Source: the human T2T-CHM13v2.0 reference genome, Homo sapiens. From it: a DNA stretch of 64,000 nucleotides. Location: NCBI RefSeq assembly GCF_009914755.1, contig NC_060928.1, one strand, 5' to 3'. Numbering within the stretch: the first letter of the stretch is position 1; every line of letters starts with the position of its first letter. A program made the position numbers and the translations under genes. Under the pieces are notes generated by a model. The model was not told the DNA's origin and searched no databases. It saw only the letters and a list, made by a program, of their open reading frames with translations. Positions 1-15,267 of the stretch are shown in pieces.

Positions 1-72
1 CTGCTATTAGAGATGTAAGTCTTTTGATTATTTCTCTTGGTCAGTTTGGCTAAGAATTCATCAATGTTATGA

Positions 73-400
<328 letters not shown>

Positions 401-435
401 CAACTTTTCATTTGATTGATTTTTCCCCTTTTTCT

Positions 436-512
436 ATTTGTATAAATTTGTAGGGCACAAGTATAATTTTGTTACATGAATATATTGCACAGTGGTGAAA
501 TCAGCGCTTTTT
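436..512 (-). mobile_element. Short L1PB/L1MA 3'-end fragment
   Basis: ttgtataaatttgtagggcacaagtataattttgttacatgaatatattgcacagtggtgaa resembles the antisense L1PB/L1MA terminus. Confidence 0.6.
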
Positions 513-1140
513 GATTTTCTTTATTCTTTTTCTTTTTTAATTTTTAATGATTTCTAGTTCATATTTAATTTCTTGCTCCTGTTTGCTTCGGATTTAACCT
601 GTTGTCCTCTTAGTTTTTTAAAGATGAATGCTTATGTTACTTATTTTAAAACTGTCTTCTTTCTAATAAAAAACATTTAGTGCTATAAATGTTCCTCTCA
701 ACAGAATGTAAGCTGCATCCCATATATTCGATTGGTTGTATTTTCATTTTTATGATGGTCTAAATACTTTTAAATTTCTCTTTACGTATTCTTTTTGACT
801 CCAGAGTTATATAGAATTATGCTCTTTAATTGCCAAATATTAGGATATTTTTAATATCTTTTTATTATTGATGTCTAATTTACTTCTATTATGGCTCAAG
901 ACATACTTTGCATGATACCTTTGCAATAAAATTGGTTTTGTGGCCAAGATGTATAGTGTTTAATGTTCCATGTGCACTGCTGTTGTTGGGTAGAATGTCC
1001 TATAAATGTCAATTAGTTCAAGTTTTCTGATGATTTTATAAAGGTCATCTATAACGTTACTGAATATGTCTGTGTAATTGTTCTGTCATTGCTGAGAAAG
1101 CTCTGTTGAAATTTCAAGCTATGGATTTACCTATATAACT

Positions 1141-1149
1141 TTTTGGTTT

Positions 1150-1240
<91 letters not shown>

Positions 1241-1275
1241 TCCTTCTTTCTTTCTCTTTTCTTTCTTTTTTTCTT
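1141..1275. repeat. (TTTC)n/(GAAA)n microsatellite
   Basis: About 130 bp of near-pure ttct units seen directly. Confidence 0.97.
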
Positions 1276-1356
1276 CATGTGTCTGGACACTGTTTTTAGA
1301 AATATGCACATTTAGGATTGATATGTCTTGTAGAATCATTCTTTTCAGATAATGTC

Positions 1357-1502
1357 CTTTCCTTTTTTCTTTTTATTTATTTTTAAAATTATTATTATTT
1401 ATTAAGCACAGAAAGGGTCTCACCATGTTGCCCAGGATGGTCTCATACTCCTGCCTCAGCCACCCAAGAGCTGTGATTAAGGCATGATCCAATGCACCCA
1501 CA
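1357..1502 (-). mobile_element. FLAM / Alu monomer
   Basis: T-rich tail then agggtctcaccatgttgcccaggatggtctcatactcctgcctcagccacccaagagctgtgatta. Confidence 0.8.
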
Positions 1503-2084
1503 CAGGTAATATCCTCTTCCATGCCAAGATATAAGATATTATTTCTTGTTCTGAAGTTTACTTTGTCTTATATTAATATAGATATTTTAGCTTTGTTTTG
1601 GTTGATAATTTCATTGTATGGATTTTTGTCCATTGCTCAATAGATAATAATTGATTTTAATGAAATGACTCCCAATGTAGAAATACATTTATACTAGTGT
1701 ATTTTTATTTAGCTCTATGCTGTAGTGAAAAATATTTTATTACTGACTATGCTTTTAAATTTTGGATTCTGTAAATGAAACATTAAGATTAAATTTTGAG
1801 TCTACTTATTAATATAACATGTGACTATCTCTAGATCTCCAAAAATGTAACATGCAAAAAAAATTTTTCAAATTATATTTTGTATTCTATTAAGCCCTTT
1901 ATTGATTATCAACAATCCTGTCGACACTAATTTGGCTTTCTATGTTTTGTAAAATTTTGACGTGCACTAATGCATATATGTGAAGAATGAATTATTTTCT
2001 TAAGGGTGAAAATCAAAATTTATCACTTAAAATCTTGTCTCTGTAGCTAATTGTCCACTATTTAAGTTGACTGTAGTAGTACAA

Positions 2085-3745
<1,661 letters not shown>

Positions 3746-4366
3746 ATGTAAAAATAGAATTTATTTTAAAATTATTATCTCTATATATAAAGAGGTAAGA
3801 GAGTTTCAGTAGGTCCTCCAATAAGTAATTAAAGACCAACATTTTAACAGAATATAATTTAAAGAAGCAATAAGAAATATGAAAATAAAATTTAAAGATG
3901 CAGTAAAAAATTATGAAAATTATCTTCTTAAAGGCAAACAACTAACAAGGTAGTGAAAAATGACCAAGATTCAGGGCTAGACAAAAGCCTGGGGAGATGA
4001 GCCTGGTTTGGGAGTAGCTTTTCCCCTGGAGGTCTGTGTTGATTCTGGGGAAGACTACTTTAAAAATGAAAAGAGCTTTACTTATGACAACTGAGGAATA
4101 AAGGGATGTAGCCCAGCTACAGATTGGTACTCAAAAGCCTATAATCTAGGAAAAAGTGAGAATCACAAGTAGATGGGTCCTTACAGGGACTGTAGCTCAG
4201 CTTGTAATCATTTCCTCTCTTGAAATTGAATTGTTGTATGGCGGATTTTTTTAATTCCAAAGAAAAGCAGCAGAATTTAATGTACATATTTTTGGAAGAA
4301 AATTATTTTATCTAGTCCTGTAGTTATCCCCACACTCAGCATACATACACTCCTCCACTCAGTGTA

Positions 4367-4393
4367 TACACACACACACACACACACACACAC
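4367..4393. repeat. (CA)n microsatellite
   Basis: Direct observation. Confidence 0.95.
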
Positions 4394-4467
4394 CCCCAAA
4401 ACACAGAACTGAAACACAGAGATATGAAAAATTATTGAAAAACCAATAATAAAACAAATAAGCCCAC

Positions 4468-5046
4468 TGTGATGGTTAATATTAGGTGTCAACTCGATTC
4501 TATTGACGGATGCCTAGATGGCTGGTAAAGTATTTTGTCTGAGTGTGTCCGTGAGGGTATTGCCAGAGGAGACTGACATTTGAGCCAATGGACTGGGGAG
4601 GAAGACCCACCCTCAATGTGGGTAGGCACCATCATTCAGCTGCCAGCATGGCTAGAACAAAACAGGTGGAAGAAGATGAAATAAGCTGGCTTGCTGAGTC
4701 TTCTGGCTACCTTCTTTCTCCCATATGGAATGCTTCCTTTGTTCCTCTCACCCTTGGACATCAGACTCCAGCTTCTTTGGCCTTTGGACTCTGGGACTTA
4801 CCCCAGTGCTTTGTTGGGGCTCTTGGGCCTTCAGCCACAGACTGAAGGCTGCACTGTCAACTTCCCTGTTTTTGAGGCTTTTGGACTCAGACAGAGCCAC
4901 TACTGGCTTATTTTTCCCTAGCTTGTAGACGGCCTACTGTGGGATTTTGTCTTGTGATCGTGTCAGCCAATTCTCCCTAATAAACTCACTTTCATATTTA
5001 CATATATCCTATTAGTTCCGTCCCTCTGGATAACCCTGAACAAACA
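4468..5046 (+). mobile_element. MLT2B-type solo LTR (ERVL/HERV-L)
   Basis: Begins tgtgatggttaatattaggtgtcaact, contains gaagacccaccctcaatgtgggtaggcaccatc and AATAAA, ends ...accctgaacaaaca; perfect 5-bp TSD cccac at 4463-4467 and 5047-5051. Confidence 0.92.
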
Positions 5047-5051
5047 CCCAC

Positions 5052-5340
5052 AGATATTAAAGTTTTTAGACATAGATTTTATAATAATAATCATATTTAC
5101 TTTGTTCAAATAATACAAAATAAGATTTAAGAATACCTACTCAAACTCAAATATATAAAACACAAAATTGAAATGTTCTAGCTAACTAAATGCAATAAAA
5201 GTATTTTAAGATCTCAGTGGTGGTGCTTCAGCTTAGACACAACTGAAACATGAATTTGAGTACTGGGCTGGAGTATGAGGTTGAGGACATAGAAGACACA
5301 ATGAAACAATGTAGTATATGTTCAACTGGGGCCCTAGACC
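5052..5340 (+). mobile_element. Ancient L1ME ORF1-like fragment
   Basis: agcttagacacaactgaa and aatgtagtatatgttcaactggggccctaga resemble old L1 ORF1. Confidence 0.45.
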
Positions 5341-6781
5341 AAAGCTTGCAAATGGTAGACATTCAAAAAATATCCATTAAATGAATAAATACATGAAGTG
5401 GAAAGATATGCAGTGAACTGCCATTTAACAAATAATTGCTAAATTTTTATTTTACTTTGTTTAATGTGTGATTCAAAGACAATTAATTCAATCATAGTTG
5501 AATTAATCATAGTTTAGAACAAGAAATCACAGTTTAGACCAAAACCAAACCAAATATTATCATACTCAAGGTGTCTGAGAATGATTATGAGTACTATAGG
5601 ATATTAGCTCAAGGGCTGAAATCGGTTCACAAAATCTCTGCCTTTACTCTTGCTGTAAGAACAATACTCTTTATGTATTTCCCTATTTGATGCCAATATC
5701 CTGACTATTAACAGTATTTACATGGAGTCTAAAAAAATGATAGTGACAACTCCATTCAATAGGTATAAGAAATACTATCTCTATAGGAGACAGTGTTTCA
5801 ATTTTATTCAAGATAACTTTTAAAGTAAATCATATTGTTATTTAAATGAGGTCAATGAAAACTATTAAGTTTATTATAGAAATGTTTATTTCCTCCATAA
5901 AGACAACCTCTGAAGAGTCTACATTATTTGAAACTGAACGCCGGAATGGTATTCATGACTAATGGTTTTAAGCCAGAATTTACTTTCGCATGAAGCATAT
6001 CGCTTCCCCCCACTTCTACATCAATAGGGCAATGTTTCACTTCCAAAAAGCACTTAATTTGGAGAGCTAATTTCATGTTGCAATAAAAATTCCACTGAAT
6101 AATTCCTGCATTTTACCTACTCCTATTCCTTTTCCAAGGTATTACATACAGAAAAACATGCTCAGCGGGTTTCCTTAAACCCAATCCCTCAGGCAGAAAG
6201 AAAACATAACTTGGTCTGAATGATTTTTTTCCTCTTCCTGCCTTACTCTCTTATAAACTGACTCTACCTGACTGAAAATAGATCAGAGACTGTATTAAAT
6301 TAACTTGTGCTCTTTTATTTCTGACTGCTTCAGGAAATGAATTTTCAAACCTGAAGTAAACTTATCTTCTTCCTCTTCTTTCTTCCCTGCCCTTCAGGAA
6401 AACCTTCTTGCAATATTGTTTCAGATGAAAGGACTGTAAACTCTATCAATGACTTTAAACATCATTATGGGGTGAGCATCAAACACTACTTGACTATACT
6501 TGGCTCATTTGTCCAGTAACATGTCCAACTTAACTATCATTTATTGAGGAATTAACATATATTAGCACTCACTGCAATTTTTTGATATATACTTATTCAA
6601 ATGCACTACTTTTAATTTTATTGCAGTGTCATATAAAGTATTTCAGTGGTCCTTAAAATATTTTATCACCAGAAGAAATGGAGAATCATAGCTCCCAGGT
6701 GGTAGAATAAGATTTAGAAAATGAAACATAGTGCTAAAAGAGGGCTTAGCTGTTAGTGCATGACATGGTTACCCTATTACT

Positions 6782-6952
6782 TGGCACTTCTCCTTCCTGT
6801 TGCCATGTGAAGAAGGACGTATTCTGCCATGATTGTAAGTTTCCTGAGCCCTCTCCAGCCATGCTGAACTGTGAGTCAATTAAACCTCTTTCTTTTATAA
6901 ATTACCCAGTCTCAGATATTTCTTCATAGCAGCACAAGAAGAAACTAATACA
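6782..6952 (+). mobile_element. THE1/MSTA LTR 3' half (MaLR)
   Basis: gccatgattgtaagtttcctgag...gaactgtgagtcaattaaacctcttttc...aattacccagtctcag...ctaataca. Confidence 0.88.
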
Positions 6953-7142
6953 GTGCAATTACCTCATTTTTGCAGAAGAGGAAAATAGGACTAAAAGTGA
7001 AATGATATTATTAATATCAAAAGAACGTAAAGTATAATAAGTTTCTCTATGATCTGTCTTGGATACAAAATTCTTAATGGCATTAAACACCTCATTCATT
7101 GGGTTCTCTGTGTTCCTGATACCTATTTTTACTGTTTGTTAT

Positions 7143-7290
7143 GTTCACTCATTCTTCTAGCCAACGTTTATAAGGGCCTCTTCTGTGTCTAATATTTTTC
7201 TAGGCTATGGGAATACAACAGTTGGATAAAAGGTAAATATTCCTTATTATCTAGAGTTTTTATTCTGGTAGGGGAGATATAACAAAGTAA
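7143..7290 (-). mobile_element. L2 3'-end fragment
   Basis: ttcactcattc...taggctatgggaatacaaca...tattctggtagggga. Confidence 0.55.
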
Positions 7291-7309
7291 ATATATTTAC
7301 TGTTGAGAA

Positions 7310-7600
7310 GAGGCAGATGAACCATAGAGCTAATGAAGCTTAATCATCAGGGCTCCTCATTTACATAGGCCCCTTCCAAGACTCGGAAGAGGCACTAACA
7401 GTATTTCACATGGTCATATCATTTTGTGTAATTGCAAATTATGTAATGTTTATGACAGTGGGTTAAGATGTTGCCTCATTCTACTTCAGCTTCTCCAGCC
7501 ATCATACTTTTTCTTGTCTTGTCTAGACTTACAGAGGCTGCAGGCTTTCTTTGCTTCCAACTAAGGGGAAGTTGATGAAAAAATATACTTGGGTGACATT
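7310..7600. mobile_element. Old hAT-type DNA transposon fragment (Arthur1-like, tentative)
   Basis: gagctaatgaagcttaatcatcagggctcctcatttacataggccccttccaag resembles a recalled hAT-Tip100 terminus. Confidence 0.4.
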
Positions 7601-7859
7601 GCATTACCAATACAAATTTATTTCAATCAAACAACAAATTTAGGAAGTAAAATACAAGGAAATACAAGTATATTAAAGCTATAATCAGATACAAATATAA
7701 TAAAATATAATAAAAGTATTTTAACTAAGCAAAATAAATAAATATATAAATATATCTATCTCTTTAGATATATAAAAATATATATAAAGATATATACATC
7801 AATTGATAACTGGGTAGATGAAAGATATGGATATGGATATACATGTGCTGAATAATTTA

Positions 7860-8560
7860 GAAGAGAAACAATCCAATAGAAAAATCGTTAAGATATTTGG
7901 ACAAGTATTTTCTGAGTCTAACTAAATGATTAATAAAGTCATGAAATCATGATTATTCTCTTTAGTAATCAGTAAAATGTGAATTAGAACCAAGTTTAAA
8001 TACCCTTACATACACAGGAAGATTGCTAATATTTAAAAAAAAAAAACATTTTGGAGGGCATGTGACACATCAAGAAATTTTATACACTGTTCTTAGGAGT
8101 GAAAATTGGTATAACCACTTCAGAAATCATTAAAACTCAATTATACAAATGAATGATACAGTAATTTCTTATATGGATATTCCCAATAGAAATCCATCCA
8201 CTTCTTTACCAATAAAAAGTGCAATTATGTTCATTGCAACTATTCTCAGAACAAAATAATTAGAAGTAACCCAAAAAACTATTCATAAACAACTCATTGG
8301 AAATTTAAATAGATTTTAACATTTCAACAGAATGCCAAATAGCATTACATGCACTAGTATGTATAAATCTAATCAATGTAATGTTTACCAAAAAGAGCTA
8401 TATAAAGAAATAGTTTAATTCATATGAAGTCCAAAAATAGGCAGATTCAGAGCAAAAAAAAAAAAAAAACCCTCATTAAAATAAGGTAGCATTTAAATTG
8501 GGAAAAAAATGAAGTTGTGATGCTTTCAATACTGGGTATTATATTTGTTTGCTGATTTGA
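7860..8560 (+). mobile_element. L1ME ORF2 3' end and 3' UTR fragment
   Basis: acaatccaatagaaaaat, ttagtaatcagtaaaatgtgaattag, ggagtgaaaattggtataaccactt. Confidence 0.65.
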
Positions 8561-8579
8561 TAGATAAAAACATATTTTT

Positions 8580-8859
<280 letters not shown>

Positions 8860-10259
8860 TTATTATTTTACATTTCCAAGATTATCAGCAAATGAGAACA
8901 CTTTTTTATAGATACTGGCCATTTGACTCTCTTGTAAGGATTGCATATTCACATCATTTAGCCAGTTTTTTAAAATGGAATTTAGTATTTTTATTAGAGT
9001 TTACATATAAAATTATTATTAACCCTTTTTTCAGGAGCTATTTAGAAATACTTTTCTTTGTTATATTTATTATATTTCTTTAAAATTTTGTCTTGTTATA
9101 TTTCTAATTGCTTATTTATATTCAGTTTATTTTCCTTTTGCCATGAAAGTTTTTAAAACATAAGATTTAATTTCTCAAATGATATGTGGTTTCAAAGCTT
9201 TCATCATACCTGGAGTGCTCTCCCAATTACAAGATGATAAAACTAAGCTTTTACATTTTATTTAGTATGCATAGTTTTTAAATATCTAAATCTCTAATCT
9301 ATCAGAATTATAAAATGGCCAATGAAATGTGTATGTAAAAACACACATATATACACACATGTGCATGTGTATGCACATCATAAGCATTCACATGGATATA
9401 CACATATGAATTGGCTAAAAGATCTTTAGCATCACACATGGTATACTGGAATGAGAGTTATCCCACATGTCATGTGATCTTGGTTCTAATCTCATTTTAT
9501 TCACTATTTTGTTCTTAAACTTGAAGTAAGACACTTTATTTCTCTGGGATAGTTACTTTAACCATAAGATAAATTGATTGAACAAGATTAAATGTAAGGT
9601 ATCCCATAATGTATTAGATAGGAACTGAAGAGTTTGCTTCAGTTCTGACAGTTTGTGCATGCTGTGTGTGGACCTGATCTCTGCAAGATCTTCCAAATCC
9701 ATAATGTTCTGCCAGGTAAAATTTATTCTCACATCTGCAATCAGAGGGAAACTAATGTGCACATTATCTGTATTAGGCACATCTGTTATTCGTTGCTTAG
9801 CTCTTGAGTTCTTTTGTCTAGGTGGAATATCTGACCTCATATTTCCAACCACTGGTGATTTCACCAAGGTACCACAATATGGAAATCCATTCAATTTTTC
9901 AGGCTGCATAGGTTCTAACACTTATGACTCCAAAATAGAAGATTAATTTGAGAAATCAGTTTCATTTTTCTGGTAAGTACAAGAAAACTGTATATTTATG
10001 GGTAGTGTTTTTTGAAAGTTATATTCAACCTGTCAAGGGAAAACAAAATAAGGTAATGTTGAGTAAGAGGATGATGGAAGAGGTAGAATAAAATAAATTG
10101 AGGTGAGAGGATAAGAATCCCAGTGAGACAAGAGAATATCTTCTGTTTTTCATAGCTTTTGAGTTCAGATGAAGCATATGTGCTTAATTTATTATACTTC
10201 TTTTGGGCTTCTAGGAAAATATTCTTTAACCTTATGTTCTACAAAATTTCTTATGTGAG

Positions 10260-10664
10260 TGCTATGGAATGCACTACATCCTCAAAATTCATATGTTGAA
10301 GCCTAACCCCCAATGTGATGGTATTTGGAGATGAGGACTTTGGAAAATAATTAGATTCATATAAGGTCATGAGGGTGGACTACTCATGAAGAGATTAGGA
10401 CTCTTCAAAGAAGAGACACCAGGGAGCTTGTACTCTCTTTCTCTCTGTGCCTCTCTCTCTCTTTCTCTCTCTCTCTCTCTTCCCACCATGTGAGGATGAG
10501 TGGGAAGGCCTGTAAACCAGGAAGAGAACCCTCACAAGAATCAAATTCTGCTGGCACTTTAATTTTGGATTTCCTAGCCTCCAGAACTGTGAAAAATAAA
10601 TTTCCATCGTTCAAGACACCCAGTCTATGGCATTTTTGTTATGGCAGCCAGAGTTGACTAAAAT
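10260..10664 (+). mobile_element. MLT1A-type solo LTR (MaLR) with internal (CT)n
   Basis: tgctatgg...aaaattcatatgttgaagcctaacccccaatgtgatggtatttggagatg...gcctccagaactgtgaaaaataaa...ttgttatggcagcc. Confidence 0.88.
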
Positions 10665-10694
10665 GCCTATTACTTTACTCCCATTATCAAAATC

Positions 10695-11174
10695 TGTATT
10701 AGCCAGGAGTTTGCAGGAAAATAGACCAATGAGATATGTGTACATGTGTATCTATATCTAATGCTAATATCTATCTACACTATATTGATATCTCAGTATT
10801 TGCAGTCTGCAAACTGGAGACCAAGGAGAGTCAACAATATAGTTCTAGTATGAATCCAAAGGCCTGAGAACCAGTATAAGTTCTAGTCTGAGTCTGAGTC
10901 TAAAGGCAGAAAAAGATGAATGGATGTCTCAGCTCAAAGAGTCAGGCAGAGAGAGTGAATATTCCCTTACTCAGATTTTTTCTTTTATTCAGGCCCTCAA
11001 TGGATTGAATGAGGCACATCCACAATGGGGAGGAAAAGTTGCTTTATTCAGTTTATTAATTTAAATGTCAATCTTATCCAGATACACCTTCACAGACACA
11101 TCAAGAATAAACTTATCGAAATATATGGGCACCCTGTAGCCCAGTCAAGTTGACACATAAAATTAACCATCACA
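10695..11174 (-). mobile_element. MLT2C/D-type solo LTR (ERVL)
   Basis: Ends cccagtcaagttgacacataaaattaaccatcaca (reverse complement of the MLT2 start); aaggcctgagaaccag; begins tgtattag. Confidence 0.88.
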
Positions 11175-11479
11175 GTGAACTAGGTGGATATAGGTTTTGT
11201 CACTTTCAAAACAAATCAGCTCTGAGTAAATGTTTCTTCCAATTCTCAGTCTCTAAAACCACTTGACTAAAGAATTATTCTAATTTTCTTGTTCTCAATC
11301 ACTCAAGCAGTGAAATAATCTAACAGCCAAAATATTCATAATATATTTGTCTTGCATCCTCTCACTGCCCACTTCATAGTGATCCATAATTATATCTCTA
11401 AGTATTTGACATGTTACACTAATTTGCTTTATTCTTCATAGCAATTTTCTTTTTTATGTGTTAAACAATACTGGTACAA

Positions 11480-11830
11480 CAACAACAGAAAACTTAACTA
11501 CTTACTTTAGAAAATGTTTGCTCCTAGAAGGTGGTGAGTTTAAATGATTGAAATCATTTTCTTTCTAATGTTAACAGCTTGATCATGACAGCTCTCAGTT
11601 CAAGACCTTTGTCTCACTGAATTGACCAACCCAAAACTACTTTGTCATAAACTTTCAGTTTTTCCAACCAATTGTCCGATTTTTAAGATCCTCTCTGGCC
11701 CTAAAACTTAACACGTATTCTTCCCTAATTTCCCCAATTTGAGACATGACAAAGACTCTCAAGATAGTTCTTGCTTCCTTCAGTAGGTATAATAAACTTA
11801 GCTTTGCTTTTTGAAAACATTTTTTTATGT
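11480..11830 (+). mobile_element. Old ERV1-class LTR (MER90/MER110-like, tentative)
   Basis: ttgagacatgacaaagactc...aataaacttagctttgct, an LTR-type poly(A) region. Confidence 0.45.
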
Positions 11831-12704
11831 TTATCAATAGTCTCCAGGCAGGTATAGAATACCAGAGGGGAAAAGACTTGAAAAAAAAATAGAGAAAAGG
11901 AAGATAATTAGATCTATCTTAAAAGCATGATCTTATAACCAGAAGAAACTACTGCATTTCTATAGAAGAGCCAGACAATAAGATAAAATTAGAATATTTT
12001 ATGTACGCTATAAGGCAAGAGGGAATACTTTGGTGAGGACAAAGCAGTACAAGCATGTCTGTCACCCACTTTGTTTTGCAGCATATCTCCCTCAACCTGT
12101 ACACAATTAATATTTCATAAGAATCCCAGTGATAGGTTACATGCCAGTCTTTTAAAAGAAGATATTTTTAATTTTCACCATTTTTAAATTGCAAAACACC
12201 TATTTCACCACCTACATTTTTTCTATGCATATTCTAATTTGAATATTAATGATCCTATATATTTGGTTTATGTTTATTTAAAGCCAACATATTTTTTCTA
12301 GTAAATGTATATTTATTATTTAACCATTCAACTTAAGGCCACAGAAAATAAAACCATAGTAATATGATTTTTTTAATATAGAAAAAATACTCGTTTATCA
12401 AAAGCACGAGAATCTAGAAAATACACAAGTATTTTTTTCTTAACCCTTAACTCACCATCTTTGACTTAAATACGAAAAAAAAAAAAGAATTAGGTGGTCC
12501 CACTATTAAATCAGGGAGACTAAATTAAACAGTTACTCTAAATAAGGTGGATAAAACAGACACTTTTTTAGAAGAAAGACCTGGGTCAGAAAAACAAAAG
12601 AGAATCATAAGACTACATGTAGCTCAAAAATATCGGCTTTGTTTGCTTAAAAATCCTATTCTAGCAAACCGTAATGAACAGAATTCAGGGTTTTGAACTC
12701 CAAC

Positions 12705-12934
12705 ATTATTATTATTATTATTACAATTTAAGTTCTGAGATACATGTACAGAATGTGCAGGTTTGTTACATAGGTATAGATGTGCTATGGTGGTTTGCTG
12801 CACCCATCAAACCGTCATCTACATTAGGTATTTCTCCTAATGCTATCCCTCCCCTACCCCTAAATCCCTCAAAAGGCCCCCGTGTGTGATGTTCCCCTCC
12901 CTGTGTCCATGTGTTCTCGTTGTTAAACTCCAAC
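12705..12934 (-). mobile_element. 5'-truncated L1PA (about PA7-PA8) 3' end
   Basis: (TTA)n tail then tttaagttctgagatacatgtacagaatgtgcaggtttgttacatagg...ctccctgtgtccatgtgttctc; flanking direct repeat aactccaac. Confidence 0.93.
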
Positions 12935-13187
12935 TTCTCTTGCTCTAGGATTCAAGGAATTGGTTCTAATTCAAACAGGTCTTCAGTTCAAATTTGTAAA
13001 CCAAGATGTAGAAACCCAGTTCAGGGATCAGTGCAAAAAAAAAAAAAAAAATCCAAATGAGATGTTCTTAGGAGCAAAGGAGCAGGCAATAGAGAGTCCC
13101 AACCACACATGGCAAAAAATTGTTTCACAGCATGTAGAATTTACTAAATTATTTTCAGTCTCACTTGAATTTAAAATATATAAAAAT

Positions 13188-13412
13188 AAATACCTGCAAT
13201 ACATTGAGCAGCTACACTATGTTGAGTAGTAAATGCAAAAGTCTTATAAACATTATCTTAATAGTTAAAATTGCGGCAAATTATTTCCTACATCTGTATT
13301 TTACAGTTGAGAAAAGGGAAAATATAAATAGTAAGTTTTTTGTTCAAGTTCACATACAATCTAGGTGACAGAATTCAAAACCACATCTGTCTGATTTCAC
13401 AGCTATAAACTT
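13188..13412 (-). mobile_element. MIR SINE
   Basis: attttacagttgagaaaa...aagttcacatac...gaattcaaaaccacatctgtctgatt matches the antisense MIR core. Confidence 0.7.
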
Positions 13413-14519
13413 TCACTGAGTTAGATGCTCATAAACTTTTCCAAAAAACGATTAAAACTTTTTTTTGTTGTTTTTGACTTTTGAAACATCCATATTAAGA
13501 ATTCGTTTTCAGTTGTTGGCAAGATTTTGACATTAAGATGCAAATAAAGTCAAGATGATTTATGGTGTTTTGTTTTCTTTCTCCCAAAACCTGGATAGGA
13601 TTCATTCTTTATTTTAGGAGAAATTTCAATTGTAGAGCATATTGTACCACTGGACATGAGTCTCTTTTGTGATGTCCTCTAATTATCACTTGAAATTACA
13701 GCCTTTGAAGGCACAGAATCTATTAGTTCTCTTCTGTCTGAATATTCTTCCCAATAACCCATTCTACATTCACCGCTGCACAGCCATGTGGAGCTGCTCA
13801 GTCTTTTATTGAGACTCTTGATTGAAAAGCCTCATGGGACTGTGAACAGCCAAGGAAAGAGAAAAGGATTAGTAGTAATAATACTAAGATTGGACCAGAA
13901 AGACTGATTCAGCAGATATATGAGCCATAATTTCACATTCTACCATCCCAGCAGCAAGGGAACTAATTACATGGCAGACACTCTGGACTTCAGGTACATT
14001 TTTCATTTCACCTCTGTTGAAGTCAAGTATTCCGAAGAATTTACTACATGAAACAATGTGTTTGATGCCAAGATGCACTAAAATATGTATGACAAAATTG
14101 TAATATCAGGCTATCCATGTTACAACAATTCCCAAAGCTATGAAATTACTGCTTCTTTTCCCATTAATGAGGGGACTCTATCTCAATCAGTGAAGTGCAA
14201 TATCCTTGTTCATTGTGATACCTTATAGCATACCACGTGCAGTGATTGTGCTTTCCAATAAAACTTACTTAATGAACTTTGGGGTATAGAAAAATGTCAA
14301 GTTGATGTTGTATGGTGCAATTTTTGCATTATGTATATTTTAAAGGGGAATGTTTTGTTTCTGAAATATAAAAATTATCAATGACTATAAAATTAACAGT
14401 TTCTCATTCTTCAAGTCCTTATGCTAATAAAATGTGAGTTTAATATTTCTTTTTTTATTTATGGTTTTTAATTTTTTTGAATTTTCAATCAACTGAAAGT
14501 GTTCATTGCATATGCAATA

Positions 14520-14676
14520 TGTGTGTGTGTGTGTGTGTGTGTGTATTATGTTGAGTAGTACAAGCAAAATCTTACAGATATTACCTTAATAGTTAACATT
14601 GCTGCAAATTATCTCCTACATGTATATTTTACAGGTGTGAAAATTGAAAATATAAATAGTAATACACACACACACA
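14520..14676. repeat. Local direct copy of 13218-13334 (at 14547-14662) between (TG)n and (CA)n tracts
   Basis: Manual alignment gives about 16 differences in about 117 bp. Confidence 0.9.
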
Positions 14677-15267
14677 TCTGAAATAGCCATTATGAGCCGG
14701 TGATATTTTTTAAATGACCGTCACTAACTTCAAGTGATCTTAATTATGTATTGGAAGAAAGCTTACAAAATAATTTTTAAAAGCAAATAAATAAAGGAAT
14801 CATATATAGAAATAGTTATTAGTATGCACACAAAATTCTATGCAAGTAAAGAAATGGATTTTTGGGTCTCTTCAAATTGATTCCTGTTCATTCTTTTCAT
14901 CTCATGAACATCAGTCCTCATCTAGGTAAGTTTTAATTCCATGTCAGTGATCTACTCATCATCAAATCTTACTGATATCCCTAGTCCCATGAACCATCTA
15001 TTTTCACATGCATTTTGATCCCCTTCCCTTTGCCTCACAAGCAGCTATGCCAAATATTTGCCACTTTTATGAATATTCTTAAATAATGACTACTTTTTTT
15101 TAAAAAAAATAGCACATTTTATAGCACAAGCTAAATGCTAGGATTATAGTTATATAAAAGTCAGATGCAATTTCTGCCTTTACAGAAGCTACAGTCTAGC
15201 TGATATTGCCACTAAGTTAAAACTTACACATCTCAAATAAATATCTAGAACTTAACAGCCTATTGTG

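Noticed and set aside
1114-1352. K/E/R-rich and F/L/S-rich ORFs
   Set aside because: Translations of the (TTTC)n microsatellite.
9553-9946. Overlapping 122-aa (-) and 97-aa (+) ORFs in unique sequence
   Set aside because: No recognisable domain or convincing exon structure; a few ORFs of this length are expected by chance in 64 kb.
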